DNA of 63,930 bases, the filler included, from Dugesia japonica (taxonomy: Eukaryota): the NCBI GenBank assembly GCA_001938525.1. It is 6 parts of 6 records of this genome, joined end to end, with 100 filler letters (N's around TTAATTAATTAA, not from the genome) between each part and the next. Parts side by side here need not be neighbours in the genome. Positions count along the whole stretch, not along the records: positions 10,403 to 22,788 come from MQRL01623387.1; positions 22,889 to 31,261 come from MQRL01415972.1; 4 more parts are not named here. One strand, written 5' to 3'. A program made the position numbers and the translations under genes. Within the stretch, counting starts at the first letter, position 1. Every line of letters begins with the position of its first letter. Positions 10,403 to 24,699 of the stretch are shown here, one piece after another. A model generated the notes under the pieces. It saw only the letters and a list, made by a program, of their open reading frames with translations, ran no database searches and was not told the DNA's origin.

Positions 10403-11786
10403 CCTCTTTTTTCTTCATTTCTTTTTTCCGGTTGCTTTTCTCTGGTTTCTCTTTCTTAGGGTGTTTCACCCCAACAGTATAAATAAAACCAATCAAATCC
10501 AAAAAGCTTGTGAAGATTGTAAAACAATTTTACTTTAATTATATATTTACAATTACTACTAGAATAATTGATGGACTTAACCAGTGATTGGAATTTTCAA
10601 GTTTCAACAAATCGAAAAGCGTAAATTTAAAGATTTTTTTTTAACCTCTTATCAGAGATCTAAATTTTTTCTTTGAAGATTCACAATTGTTGAAAATTTA
10701 GATCTCTAACAAAAATTAAAGAAAATCTATTCAAACTACGCTTTCTATAATTTATTGAAACTAACTTTACTAATCAGAAAAACCAAAAAGTAGAAATTAA
10801 ACATCAGCATGTTAATTTGATATCGCAATGCTTTCTTTCTAAAATTCATAAGCAGTATTTTAGAGACAAGATCTAGCCAAGAAATTAAAATTGTTAAATG
10901 TCGTTGAAATTGCAAGNGATAATTCATTATTAATAAATCAAAAATTGAACCGATATTTTGGACAATTAACTCATTTGTACCCACGCATATTTTCTAAAAA
11001 AAAATTTTATATATATTAAATATATATTAAATATATAATAAGGCATTCTTATAAAGTGAATAAATAATTAATTTATTGGCACGTAGTTACTTTTATTGTC
11101 AGATTTATAAAGCGTATTTAAATGAGTACAGTGGGTACAAATTGGTACAAATTGAGTTACTAGTTGTCTATTCTTTTGCTTAATTTTGCCATTAATCTCG
11201 CTCTATGTGGAAATGGTAAAATCAATATCTGTGTGAAACTCAACACTAATAATTTAGCTTTTAGTCAAATGGGTTGCAATCAAAGTAAAATTTCAAAAGA
11301 TAGCCTTTTTCTATGTGTAAAACAAGAAAAACAAAAAGTATCCGATGTAAATATAATCATTGATACTGAATTAATGTGTTGCATTGATTAAAATAGTATT
11401 GAAGCTTATACATATCTAGAAATACAGCAAAATAATATTATAGCTTTAAATACGAAAAAGTATTGGACTAATAAAACAAAGTTGACAGAAGTGGCTTACA
11501 TTCAATGCAAAAGATAGATGCATGCAAAGCTTTTATTCATAACAATTTAATGATCTTTTTTGAAGTCTACTAAAGAATCGGTACTACCCTTAGTGAATTT
11601 GAATAAATTTTTTAAATAAGTAGATCAGTAGAAGTTAGAGAATCAATTTCTTTTATAAATCACGGCTTTTAATAGAAAATAACGTGTAATAACAAAGTTT
11701 CTAAATTATACAGAAAAAAAGATCCACTGAACAATATGATTCTTAGAAATATAACATCGAAGATATTGATATTAATTAACTCTTTA

Positions 11787-11943
11787 GGCTAGTGGCCACC
11801 TACTGAAAACCTCGTAGACTTTCTGTAAGAAGTTGTATATTTAAATCGTTTTTACTCAATCTACTTATTATATCACTGATCCGACGGATTAAAAGTTATT
11901 ATTATAATGGTCTGTAAGGTTCGAAATGTTGGTGGCCACTGCC
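11787..11943. mobile_element. MITE, PIF/Harbinger (Tourist)-like
   Basis: Inverted ends GGC(T)AGTGGCCACC / GGTGGCCACTGCC, flanked by TTA and TAA; 157 bp, non-coding. Confidence 0.65.
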
Positions 11944-12861
11944 TAAGGCGATTAAAATTAGTTTTGGAAGATTAAATTCACCTCATTGTGTTTTATAGTC
12001 AAATAAAACATTTTGTTTTGTTAATAAAACAGATAGCAAATTCTTATATTTCTCTGAAGCTACATTTACCATATAAAAATGAAATCTTCCTCAACTGATT
12101 CCAAAGTTTATTTAATTTTCGCAATGTTTTCTCTAACAGTAACCATACACCTCACTAATTGAAACCAATTGCATGCTAAGTTTACATGTTATGTATTTGC
12201 AAAGTAATGGAAAATTATCTTCAATTTTCCATTTAGACTAGTGGTTACTGACCAGGATGCTACCTATTGGCAATTAATATTAAGTGGATTAAATAAAAAT
12301 ATTCATGTGCATTTTGAAAAATTGAAATTTTTTAATAAGTTCAAGAACATTATTTAAGCAAATCCAACATTAATTTAAATAGATGACTTTTATTTGCTTC
12401 AATTTTTATATAAAATTTAAATAAAAATTAATAAGACATTTAAAACGTTTTTGGAAACATTAATTACTGAAAACAACAAATACGATAATGAAATACTGAA
12501 TGTCAAAAGAATTTAACCAACAAGTAAGAAAAGAGTGGGATTATAAATACATCTTCAATAAAATGCATCAAGATAAATCCTACAAAGATTTCTCTTAAGC
12601 AATTCTGTGAACAACCAAAACTAATCTCATTTATACCAAAATTAATACCTGTTAAATAATTATGCACATATTTCTGGTTGTACGAAATTCAATATAAACT
12701 ATACGTTATTTTTATACGCTAATAGATTGAACCTAATAAAATAGTATTCACTTAAAAACAGAATTACAAGTATAATTATAAAAACATTTCCAAATTATAA
12801 AAAATCATCAATTTCAATAATTAATTAACAATTTAGAAAAAATTTTATTTTTTTAACAAAA

Positions 12862-13578
12862 TCACTCAATAAAATTCAATAAAAAATTAATAGTTTCTTC
12901 AATGTTTTTATCAAATGCCAAATAAGCTTCAATCGTTTGATCTTCACTAAAACCCATTGAAACAATTTTATCAATATTTGCGACATCTCCTAAAGTTAAA
13001 CTCGAATCTGTAGGTTGATCATAATCAGGTTCGGTGATATTTTCAAAATCACCTGATTCCATTTGTTCGGGTAATAATTTTGACAAATCTGGATCATTTT
13101 GCATATCATGAACCATGCTCTGCAAAAGATCTGAATTTTGTTGCAAAGTAGAACTGTAACTATTCATCATATTGCTCATTTTCCCACCTTCAGGGTTGTG
13201 CAATAATAACTCTACCGCAGTTTCTAGATCATTACCCGCCTCATTCAAGGCAAACAATGCTTGCTCTTCACTATATCCCATTTCTGTTGTTAAACACATT
13301 AAATTTTTATTNNNNNNNNNNNNNNNNNNNNNNNNNNNNNNNNNNNNNNNNNNNNNNNNNNNNNNNNNNNNNNNNNNNNNNNNNNNNNNNNNNNNNNNNN
13401 NNNCTATTAATTGTTCATCTTCCAAAATATTACCTTTAAAAATTAATTTAAAGTGTTTCAAATTGTATTCTTTTCCATATTCCTTTTCAATTTTTAATTT
13501 CAATTCTTTCACAAATTCACTATTTTTTGCCTCTATATTTAGTAAAATTCCATTTAGAGTTTTGAGAATTATTTGCAT
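12862..13578 (-). CDS. rad23: RAD23-like ubiquitin receptor (UBL - UBA1 - STI1/XPC-binding - UBA2)
   Basis: MQIILKTL...VKELKLKIEKEYG...KLIFKGNILED (UBL); EMGYSEEQALFAL..A.NDLETAVELL (UBA1); LQQNSDLLQSM...DPDL; IDKIVSMGFSEDQTIEAYLAFDKNIEETINFLL (UBA2). An N gap hides part of the gene. Confidence 0.88.
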   Translation of the reverse strand: MQIILKTLNGILLNIEAKNSEFVKELKLKIEKEYGKEYNLKHFKLIFKGNILEDEQLIXXXXXXXXXXXXXXXXXXXXXXXXXXXXXXXNKNLMCLTTEMGYSEEQALFALNEAGNDLETAVELLLHNPEGGKMSNMMNSYSSTLQQNSDLLQSMVHDMQNDPDLSKLLPEQMESGDFENITEPDYDQPTDSSLTLGDVANIDKIVSMGFSEDQTIEAYLAFDKNIEETINFLLNFIE

Positions 13579-14304
13579 GTGCGTAATATCAATAAATTAT
13601 ATTATTTAAACGAATTAATAACTTTTTAGTTGATAAAAAAAAAATTTTATTTCTATTTTATAATTTCAATAAATATTTTGTTAAAAATTAAACTTTTCAA
13701 TCTGTAAAATCTTAAAGTTTATAAATCAAAATGTTTCGAATGAAAACTCTTTAATTATATGTATGATTAAATCTTACAGGTTAAATTAATTTAAAATAGT
13801 GTTGTCAAAACCTTTTTTACGCAACACACCATAGAAAAATTAAAGAAAATTTAATTTTTTCGGAAAAAACATTGGTAAAAATTTTGTATTCAAATAATTT
13901 TTCATTACAAACTTAAATTTGGTATTTCAAAAAATGTAATTCATAAACAGAAATAGGAATTAAGGAAGAATAAAACTAAAATTATTTCCAAAAAATTGCA
14001 CAGAATTTACGAAAATAATATTAATTAAAATTTACAATGTTTATTACAAAATAAATTTGTAAAAATTACTTGTTTGTGAATTTTGAAAATTTCCGCGACA
14101 AACATAATTTAAAGATAAAATTTGTCGATATTTGATAATATAGAGAATGTATTATTAAAATTGAGTACGAGGAACTTTAAAGTTGAATTTTCATGGAAAA
14201 GATAGATTAATTCAAAATTTGAATTAATAATTTTCTATAAATGTAATATACATGGTGATTGATAAGAATGAATAAAAGTTTGACATGTGAAATCCATTTG
14301 ACTA

Positions 14305-15150
14305 TTGATTTTTTGTGGCAAAAAACAGGAACATTTGAAGAGAAACCAAAATCAGGTCGTTCAATCAGTTAGCATGAACAAGATTACTAAAGATCTTAAA
14401 ATTTTCCGTCATTCCGTTCAAACGATTGTTCTTAATGTACTGGGACTCAGAACCTATTGTTTATTAAATAGACATGTTCTGACCGAAAAAACCAAGAAAA
14501 ATTGCTTGGAGAAATGTAAAAAACCCAACGATCTTTTTATGGTTTGGCGCATTGAAGATGTGTTGTGGTCTGATGAGAATGTTTTTACCATTGAATTGGT
14601 CAAAAACTCAAACAATCATCGCCAACTTTTGAGTCCAGCTCTAGAAGCCGGAAAATTAAAACAATACATCGTTTCCTAAGAGCTTGATGGTTTGGGTTGA
14701 GTTAGCTCACGTGTGGAAGACTTCGTTGATTTTTATCAACAGAAACGTAAAAATCAATGCGCAAGTTTATCAAAAAGAGATTTTGAAGAAAGCCGTAATA
14801 CCATGGAAGCGAAAAACCTCGTGCATGCTTTTTCAACAAGATTGGGCTCCAGTCAATGGACCTAAATCGACATTTGCCCACCTCGATGCAAACGCAAAAA
14901 CTTATATGACAAAGGATCAGTAGCCATCAAACTGCCATGATCTCAATCCATTTGTCTTTTCAATTTGGGACTACCTGCAGGAACATTTAAAGTTGAGGAA
15001 AATAATAAGTTTGGATAATTTGAAGAAGTGCCTTATCAAGGAATGGAACGATTTGGATTCTGACTACTTGCGCCCTACTATTGCTTCTCTACCAAAACAA
15101 ATTCAAGCCTGCATAAATTCTGATGGTGGTCATTTTGAAAACTCCTTATA
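14305..15150 (+). mobile_element. Tc1/mariner superfamily transposase pseudogene, DD37D (maT) type
   Basis: LWSDENVF, MVW, KINAQVY, FQQDWAP, *PSNCHDLNPFVFSIW, CINSDGGHFE. 37 residues lie between the QQD Asp and the third catalytic position (here mutated to Val). Confidence 0.88.
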
Positions 15151-16699
15151 AAAATTAATTGTAACATGTCGCTTGTAATAAAAATTAAAGATTTAAATTT
15201 ATTTGGCTCTTCAATATTTAGTTTCAAAATGATACGTTTTCCGCATACTTATACTTTTTTATTTTTAGTGAGAAAGTGTTATTTGACGATGAATGTTGAT
15301 TTTGAAATGATAAATTGTAATAAGTTGAGAAAAGTTATTTATCAAAAAAGGTACTTATGTTATTTACAAATTTTTCTTCGTTGACTTTTTTACAAATAGA
15401 TTATTATCTGAATTATAATTTTTAAGATTATTAACTGACCATGACTATTATGTATTTATTATTCGACAAGAAATTGTATAAATATACTTCGTGAAATGAC
15501 TTTTACTTAACTTTTTTGTTTATAACCATTTGTAAAAAATATTCTGTTGAAAAAAAGATTTAATTTTTTATCTCACATTCAATTCAGATTTATTGTATGA
15601 CTCAACCAATTGAAAACACTTATTTAGTAACAGAAACAGGTTAAACAAACACTCTACTCTTCTTCTTCCTATACATTTACCCCTTCCTTTTAATCGTTTT
15701 CTTCTTCTTTGCCGTCCCTTATTTTTCCCCCATTTTCTTGCTCTTTTCTACCTCTTTTTCTCTTCTTTGTTTTCCTCTTTATTGTCCTCATTTATTTTTA
15801 TTATATAACTTATTTGTATAACTTATATAATCGGAAAATATACATGACTCTTCNNNNNNNNNNNNNNNNNNNNNNNNNNNNNNNNNNNNNNNNNNNNNNN
15901 NNNNNNNNNNNNNNNNNNNATGTCGCAACATGAGTTTTTAGTGTTTAGAGCAAAACGCAAAAATTTTATCCATCTCACTCTTTCTTAACATTACTTTTTT
16001 TAAACGCTTTCAATCTTATTTTAAATAATGAAATTTAATTAGAAATAAAACCTACAAGAAAATATCAATAATTTCTTACAAATACAAATTTGATGACATA
16101 TGTTTGAGCAGAACCCATCACCATCACCGAAAAATAACTGATGAAATATAATAATAAATAAAGAAATAAAATGGGGAAAATATAAAGTAAATTTGTTTAA
16201 ATACAAGTATTATTGATACTATTAGTTAAATTCAAAATTTCACAACTCTCCATAAATTTTTATTGATTATTACAAGTTTTTTTATTAAAATGAAAAATGA
16301 TGAAGAACAATTCACAGTATTCAAACAGACAATCTGAGAAATTTTAATAAAATATATTTTTTAAAAATATCGATTTTCATTTGTAAAATATTTCTTATAT
16401 CATAATTTCACAAAACAACTTTTATAATTTTATAATTTTACATAATATAAAATATCGATTTTACTTTTAAAATATTTTATACATCACAATTTCACAACAC
16501 AATTTTGATACTTTTTAAATTTTACATAATATAAAATATCTATTTTGATTTTAAAATACTTTAATTTCATAAAATAATTATTTATAATTTTAAAAATTTA
16601 TCTTCTCTTTTTTCAATAATATTGGAAAGTTTCAGAAATAAATTTTAAATAATATATATATAATAAATAAAAATTAAAAAATCTCAGACATTTGAAATC

Positions 16700-19660
16700 C
16701 TTACACTCTTAAAATTTTTTAAAATTTTTTTCCACATTTCTTTCGATCATATTGCCTCCCGAATTCTTCAGCAGGTATCGTCATTCATGAATCTGTTTTA
16801 TCAGTTCGTATGGACCTGTGTATCTTTCTTTTTCTTTTGATATGTTTCTTACATTGATTGGAACCTCGTCTCCAACTTGAAAATGTCTCTTTGTTGGTGT
16901 CAACTCTTCAGATTCTTCATTCTTTTCTCCATTATTTAACCATCGTTCTCTATGTATCTTCTTACCGAATATCAATTGTGATGGAACTATGCCCAAAGTC
17001 TTCTGGCTTGTTGCATTTAGAGTATATTCGATTTCTGGTATTATCTCTGCCTAATTTTTATTCTTTTTATCTTTGATTGTTGTATTGATGTAATCTCTGA
17101 TCGTTTTGAATTAACGTTCTACTATTCCGTTTGTATTATGACGATATGGAATTGAAAAGAAAATCGTTATATTCATTGAATCTGTCATCTCTTTGAAGGC
17201 TTTTGATTCAAAGGTCTTCCCACAATCTACATGTATCTCTTTTGGGGCACTAAATCTCAGTATCCATTTATCCATAATCGTTTTCTTTATTGATTCCTCA
17301 TCTTGTTTAACTAGGACCGTTAAGCATATGTATTTGCTAAATTGATCTATTATGGCACATATACGTATGTATAACAATTTATTTCTACGGTTTCTTGTAA
17401 TGGCCTACTGATATCAATATAAATACTCTCAAATGGTTTATTAGCCTTTAATTTTACAGTTTCCACCTTTGATTCAATTGTTGTTACTTTGTTCATTTGG
17501 CACGCTGTACATTCTTTAATTACTTTTGACATAATTTCTCTCAAATCTGCCATATAATATTTATTTTTCAAATAATTTATCACTTTTTCCGTGCCTGCGC
17601 GCACCAATAAATTATGCATTTCTTTTACCATTTGAATTTTCCTTTCTGACGAGATCCATATTTCGTCGTCTTTTGTTTTTATTATATCTTCTAATAATCC
17701 AAACTTTTTACATGTTCCATTTTTCATATCATTCTTTATCTGTTCAATTTTTTCTACGTTACTTTGCCATTTATATGTATTTTAATCTGATATACCATTA
17801 ATTGTTCTTGTCTTTATTTTTCCTTCCTTTGGACTCTCATGATCTGTTAAGCATTGTACACACGTACCACAATTCATTCTCGACAGNATATCTGCATTCG
17901 TGTGTTTCCCACCTTGTCTAAACTCCAAAACTATATTTAGGCTACTAAGAAAATTCATCCAAGTCTTAAATTGCGGAGTAATTGGCTTGTTTGTCTTTTC
18001 CATAAATGCAATTGCCTTGTGATCTGTTCTCACCAAAAATCTTTTTACCATACAAATCAGGTTGAGGAGGGTTACAAAAATAGTAAATAGCCAATAATTC
18101 TTTTCTTGCTATACATTATCCTTTTTCATGAGCTGACATTGTATGTGATCCATATGCAATGAGTTGTTCTAATTTTGTTCCATCTATTTGCGACAAATTT
18201 GCTCCGATGGCATCAAAACTCGCATCTGTATCTAGTACAAACCTCTTTTTGATCTCGGGAAAACTCAATATCGGTACTTTTGTTAATGCTTCTTTCATCT
18301 CATTAAAAGCTTTATCACAACTTTCCACCAACACAAGTTTTGTATTATTACTTCCACATAGCTCTTCCAAGCTTCTAGCTTTCTTTGAGTAATTATTGAT
18401 NAATTGTCTATAGTTATTTCATATTCCTTAAAAGCTTCTCAAGTTCTTTACACATTTAGGTCTTCCGAAATTTTTTATTGCTTCAATTTTTGTTGAATCA
18501 GTTTAAACTCTATTCTTGCCTATGACATGTCCTAAAAATTTGACTTCTACTTGCAATAAATGACATTTTTCCGTATTAATTCTCAATCCTGATTCTTGAA
18601 TTCTTTTAAAGATTTGGTCTAAAATTCTGTAGTGCTTCTCTAAATTTACTGAAAATATCAATATATCATCCATGTGTACCATCGGTTCTCTCAATCCTCC
18701 TAATACTTTTATCATTAATTCTTGAAACGTTCCAGGTACTGCAACTATACCAAAAGGCATTCTTGTGAAGTAATACTGTCCATTTTTCGCAGAAAAGGCT
18801 GCTTTCTCTTGTGAATCTTTATGCAACGGAACTTGATAGTATACATTACTAAAATCAATAGTACTAAAATATCTTGCACCACTCAAATTGTCTAGTATTT
18901 CCTCTACACTAGGCATCAGAAATGCCTGTCTTTCTGTGATTGCATTCAGTTTTCTAAAATCTAGACATATTCTAACTTCTTTCCTTTCTTTTTTCCAAAC
19001 ACATATTAATGGAGTGTTCCATTGCAAATTACACTTCCTAATAATGCCATTGTCAAACAAATTCTTGATCTATCTTATTCTCTAAATGCATTGATTGTCT
19101 CCATGGTTTTGTATTTATTGATTCTCAATTTGCAATTATTTGATGTTCTGCCATTATTGTTCTGCCGATATCCCAGTTGTTTGCCATGAATATTCCTTTA
19201 TGAATCATTTTAACATTCTCCAAATTCTCATTTTGCTTGTTAATCAATACTTTTATTATTCTCTGTACTCTCTCTTCATCCGTTGTTCTGCGTCCATACT
19301 TTGCTTCTATATTAGAAAGATACATTTCATTATCCTCACATTTAATCTCTTTCAGCAGTTGGAATCTAAACTGTTCCTGTAATTCGTTTCCTCCTATTAA
19401 ATCTACATGTATCTGTTTCATCACAATGAATTTAACTGTTTTGCTTTTATTCTCGAATTCCACTTCTATATTTATCGTACCTATGATTTCGATCGGACTA
19501 TTATTGACTCATCTTAAATTGTCTTCATTTTTTAATAAATTGACGTTTCCCAATCTTTCCAATATTCTCAAATTCATTACATTAACTCTTGCTCCAGTGT
19601 CTAACAAGTAATCAACTTTTACGTTTTGTATTTCAACCGTTATACTTGGTCAACATTGCA
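16700..19660 (-). mobile_element. Ty3/gypsy LTR-retrotransposon pol pseudogene (PR-RT-RNaseH-IN)
   Basis: LLDTGA protease (about 19590); RT CLDFRKLN, FSTID, MPFG, HMDDILI; RNase H LDTDAS, RTDHKA; integrase H..H..C..C, IDQFSKY, HVDCG, NGIVER; C-terminal YTGPY. Domain order is gypsy-like. Confidence 0.95.
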
Positions 19661-19799
19661 TCTTGTCATAACTTATTTCTTGTCACTTTTTCTCTTCTTT
19701 AGTCAGAAATTCACTTTCGACTTATCCATTTATATCATTGATCATCTCTGGTTGGCCTGTAATCAATTCTTTCTTTACAAATTTGTAAACGTTTTCTTT

Positions 19800-20240
19800 T
19801 ACATCATTGTGCTAATCTACTCGCGCAAATGGGAGTTGGAGGCCGAAGTGGAGTGGCTCCGACAAGAAAATAAACACTTAGCCAACTCCAGTACAGATTT
19901 TCCTCAATATTCTCCTCAGTTTCTACAGGAAAGATCCGAAAGGTGTTCATCAACCTTTCTACAAACAATCAACCTGTGATAACATTGTATATATTAAAGA
20001 TTGTAAATTTATAATAAAAAAATATCATGTTCGTGAATTATCGGTTTTTCTCTGTTACGACTTCTATCGTCGATAAAAAATGAACCCGAATAACAAGCTT
20101 ACGGTGCGCTCAAGCACTCTTAACGTGGTGTAATAGTTACCCGGGCTGCCATCAACGTACTCAAAGGACGGGTACATTAAATCTTTGTTGGCGGGTTTCG
20201 AGTGATATAATTTTTGAGCTATATTAACCATGACCCCAAC
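19800..20240 (+). repeat. Dispersed repeat with two small decayed ORFs (copy 1; copy 2 at about 29060-29510)
   Basis: WELEAEVEWLRQENKHL versus WELEAEGEWLRTENKQL, plus about 200 bp of shared downstream sequence ending CCATGACCCC. Confidence 0.85.
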
Positions 20241-20659
20241 ACATATAATTTATCAAATAATTAATTTAGCGCCCTCTAAATTAGTAGGGTCGGGGCAAAT
20301 GCCCCTTTCTCGCATTAGTTACGCCACTGAGTCTATTGCACGCAAATGTAAAATACAGGAATTAATAAAGTAACTTGTCGTTATTTAGATTCACCATCTA
20401 AGTTATTATAAAAAGCCAAATCAAACACAAAAAATGCGGTTTGTTAATGAAGACTATTGAAAGTATATATTTATTATTATGGACAGAAATAAATAAAGTG
20501 TGAAAGGTAAACAATTAAATTTTACAAATAATTGTTGATTTGTTTGAAAAAAATTGTGTAAAAAATAAAAATATGCTAATAAAAAATCTAATCGCGCGGT
20601 TAATTTTGAAGATAGTTTGTAATTCAAATAAATTTATTTATTAATCACCTTTTAGTCCA

Positions 20660-21400
20660 TTAATTATCTCGGTAATAGTCAATTTGTGTAAGTTTTGGAC
20701 AATTTGGTCAATTATTTAATTGGTTAAGATGATTTGGTTAATTATTATCTCAATTTAGGTAATTTTGGACAATTATTTACTCTGTATGGACAAACTTGGT
20801 TAATTATTTGCTCACAAGAGTAATTTTAGGTCAATTCGGTCAATTATTTCCTCGGGTGTTGTCAAATTTGGTTAGTTTTGCACGATTTGGTGAAATATTT
20901 ACTCACAGTGCTCATAATATTCGACCTCACCAAAAAAAACTTTCAACCAATTTCACCTTAATCACTCAAAAATTACCGATCCCCAGGAAAAATTTGACAA
21001 ATTAAACAATCCTAAAGAAATATTTGACCAAATTTATCTGAACCAACTAAAGATTGACCTTATTTGACCTCCCCAAGGAAGATTAGGACAAAAAACCAAC
21101 TAAAACCAATCAAAAATTACCCTAATTAACTAATCCCGAGAAAATATTCAACCATATTTCCCAAAGATTACCTAAAACCGACCAAGTTTACCCAAACTGA
21201 CCAATCCTGAGGAAATATTCGATCAAATTCACCTGAACCAACCAAAAATTGACCAAATCGTAAAAAAAATATCCAAATTTTCCAGTTCCGAAAAAATATT
21301 CGACTAAATTCGCCTGAACCAATGAAAATTGACATCATTTGACTTCACCAAATAAATTCCCAACTAAAACACCTAAAAATTATTAATTTCTTAATCCTAT
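20660..21400. repeat. Foldback-like inverted minisatellite
   Basis: Left part repeats TTGGTCAATTATT-like units; right part repeats the complementary AAATTGACCAA-like units. Orientation switches near 20910. Confidence 0.6.
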
Positions 21401-24400
21401 TACATAAAATTTCACCTATGAAATTAATCTCATGACATAATTTGTGTGTAAAAAATTTTACCAACTAAATAATCAGGGGGAAAAAACCTCTCTGACATAA
21501 TATTACCTAATGATGCAATTTATCATGCAATTTTTAAATTGCCAACTAAATGCATTGGGGTTAAATTTCATTACATCACANGGGGGTTTACCGAATGTGT
21601 GCTGAGGTTTACTGCTAATATCCCTCTTCTAACTATATGTTAATACATTAAAAGAAATATATTAAAACATATTTTTTTAAAATATATATAATTATATAAT
21701 TAAATATATAATTAATAAATAGATCAAAATTTGATATATACAATTCTAAATAAATAAAAATTAAAACATTTTTGTGCGGCCCAGAATTTCTTAAAGGTTT
21801 AACTCTCTCGTTATTAAGAATCGATAAGTTACACAAAATGATTTCATTTTATTATGTAAAAATAACTTTTCATTTTATTTATGTAANAATAAATTGGTTT
21901 AATTTTCTGGATTAATATATTTTAGAAAATTCTTTTTCAATTTAAAAAATTTGGTAAATTAAGTCTTAATCAATTTTATTTTTTTTTCAATAAAAATTTT
22001 AATATTATCTTGTGAAGATAAATTTCTAAATTTTTTTAATTAATTTAAAATATTTACCGAAAAATGAAAAATTTATTAATAAAATGAAAGTTTTAATGGC
22101 AATTATATCTAGTTTTCTTAATGGAAATCTAATTGATACTTAATGGTATACAGTGCAAATTAATGGAATAATTTTATAAAATATTTCTTTATGAACTAAT
22201 TATTTTTAATATAATATTTTAAAACTTTTCAAATTTTATGATTGTTATCACATTATTTTTCTTTTTTTTAAATGGCAAAATTGAATCCAATTATTTTTTT
22301 AAAATATTCAATGGTTGAATGATAACAACGATTAAAATAATATTAAATTGAATATGAATAATGTCTATGGTCAAGTGTCCTATTTGCCAATTTCAAGCGA
22401 CTCTCTTGAGTTAAGCATGTGAAGAAAAGTTAATTAGAATTAAAGTTGATTAAAATTGAAGAATGTTTTAAGTTATAAATGCTTAAGTTTTCAGAATAGT
22501 TGTTTTTATAATAGGAAACTACCTTGAAAAACTAAAGAAGCTAATTTTGAAGAGGAAATTATATTAATATATTAGTAGTTGGAAATTGAATTTGTATTGT
22601 AAATTGGAATTTCCATTATTGTTAACATTGTGATTAACATTATTTGTTTCATTATTGAATTACTTGTAAAGTGTACTGTGTAAGTTATTTGAATTTAATA
22701 CTACTAATAATTATTGTAAGTTGTTTCCTCAGAATCGTTTATTTTGTTATTTGTTTCCATAAAATTAACACTTGAGTTGTAAAATAATNNNNNNNNNNNN
22801 NNNNNNNNNNNNNNNNNNNNNNNNNNNNNNNNTTAATTAATTAANNNNNNNNNNNNNNNNNNNNNNNNNNNNNNNNNNNNNNNNNNNNGTTATTGAAAAG
22901 CTTATGTTTGTTTTAATTCAACAAAATTCAAAAAATGAGATTTTCCCTGACAATATTAACATAAATTTTGTTTTCCCCGGGCAACATTAACATTAAATTT
23001 CCCAAGAAAATATTAACATTAATGTTCCTCGGGTAATATTAACATTTCAATTAGTCGCTCTGAGCAATATTATTATTAGTTGTGTAAGGTTCATAGTAAT
23101 GGATGTTTCAGTGTTCATACTATGAGATGTTAGTTGGAAACATTAGTTGTTACAAGGTACAAACCATGAGATGTCTATGGGTACGCACTCTTGGCTGTAA
23201 CTGACATAAGACGATCCCTGAACAAAACTATTCAATGCACCTGACATTAGCTGCTCACCTAAAGAAACAATTACTATCCCAAGGAAAATCACTCTTAATA
23301 TTTATATGTTTAAGTAAAATTATTCTGTCTTAGTAAAGTCAATGAAATCAGTTTATTATTTGCATTCTAAGTAAAATTATTATCAATAATATCATTNAAA
23401 ATTATTTTCATACATAGTTTCAATAACAGTTTTGATTGAATTCCATACCATTACATACCTCATCCGACATGTACAGTCCAACGGAACGAATCCATCAAGG
23501 TCCGTTAGCATCCAATCGAGTCCGTTCTTAATTAAACTAATCGATCAGCTTGTGTATTTTTAATAGACTAAGCTCGATTACAGTATGTGCATCTCTGACA
23601 GAAATGCTTCCAACCGTTCCCATCCGGTCTTAAATATACATTGCTACAACTGTATAATCTTAATAAGATAAAAACAGTTAGTCGTCAACGCCATTATTTG
23701 GCTAGACACAGATCGGCAAAATGGTAAAAAATTCTAAGTCAACTGTTATTAAATACATATTTAATTAAATCAATACTTATTATCATTAAGGAAAAGCATT
23801 ACTAAAGCTTCATTAAGTTAAATTATTTAAGAAAAACATTACCATTAAATAAAATTATTACCATTTAATTTTAATAAAATAAATCCTTACTTATTGTCGA
23901 AGTTCATAAAAATGATCATAATTTGTAATAAGTTACCATATCTTCAATAACTTTAATCATATCATTAAGAGTTCATAACAATTATTATCTGAAANNNNNN
24001 NNNNNNNNNNNNNNAAATTATTAATTTTTAAAATTGTTAACTTAAAATAAAATCATTACGAAAATTATTAGAATTTAAGAAAATCATTACAGTTTAATTT
24101 AAATGAAAATAAATCCTTACTTATTTTCATAATTTATCAAATGTTATAATATAATAATAATAAATCATAATAGATCATAATAAATTTTCATATTATATAT
24201 CACAAATCATAATAGGTTTTCCTAAATAATCTAAAATAAATTAATAATATAACAAATTAAATAAAAATCTTACTTGATATTGTTAAAATCATGCAATAAT
24301 ATGAAATTATTCCATTCAGGCCATATTTAATTAATATGTTTAAACAAAATTATTTAATAATTGTTTGACATATTTTAATTAATATGATTTAACAGAAATT

Positions 24401-24699
24401 AATTTTAAATAACATTAATTATAATTTTAAAAAACATTAATTCTAACTGATTAATTTTAAGATGGCAAATTTTAAATTCAATGAAATTTAAGCTGTTAAA
24501 TAATTTTGATTTGTATTAATTATAAGCTGCTAAANNNNNNNNNNNNNNNNNNNNNNNNNNNNNNNNNNNNNNNNNNNNNNNNNNNNNNNNNNNNNNNNNN
24601 NNNNNNNNNNNNNNNNNNNNNNNNNNNNNNNNNNNNNNNNNNNNNNNNNNNNNNNNNAATCCTTATCTTAAAATCCTATGAATTTAAAGATTTTTGATG

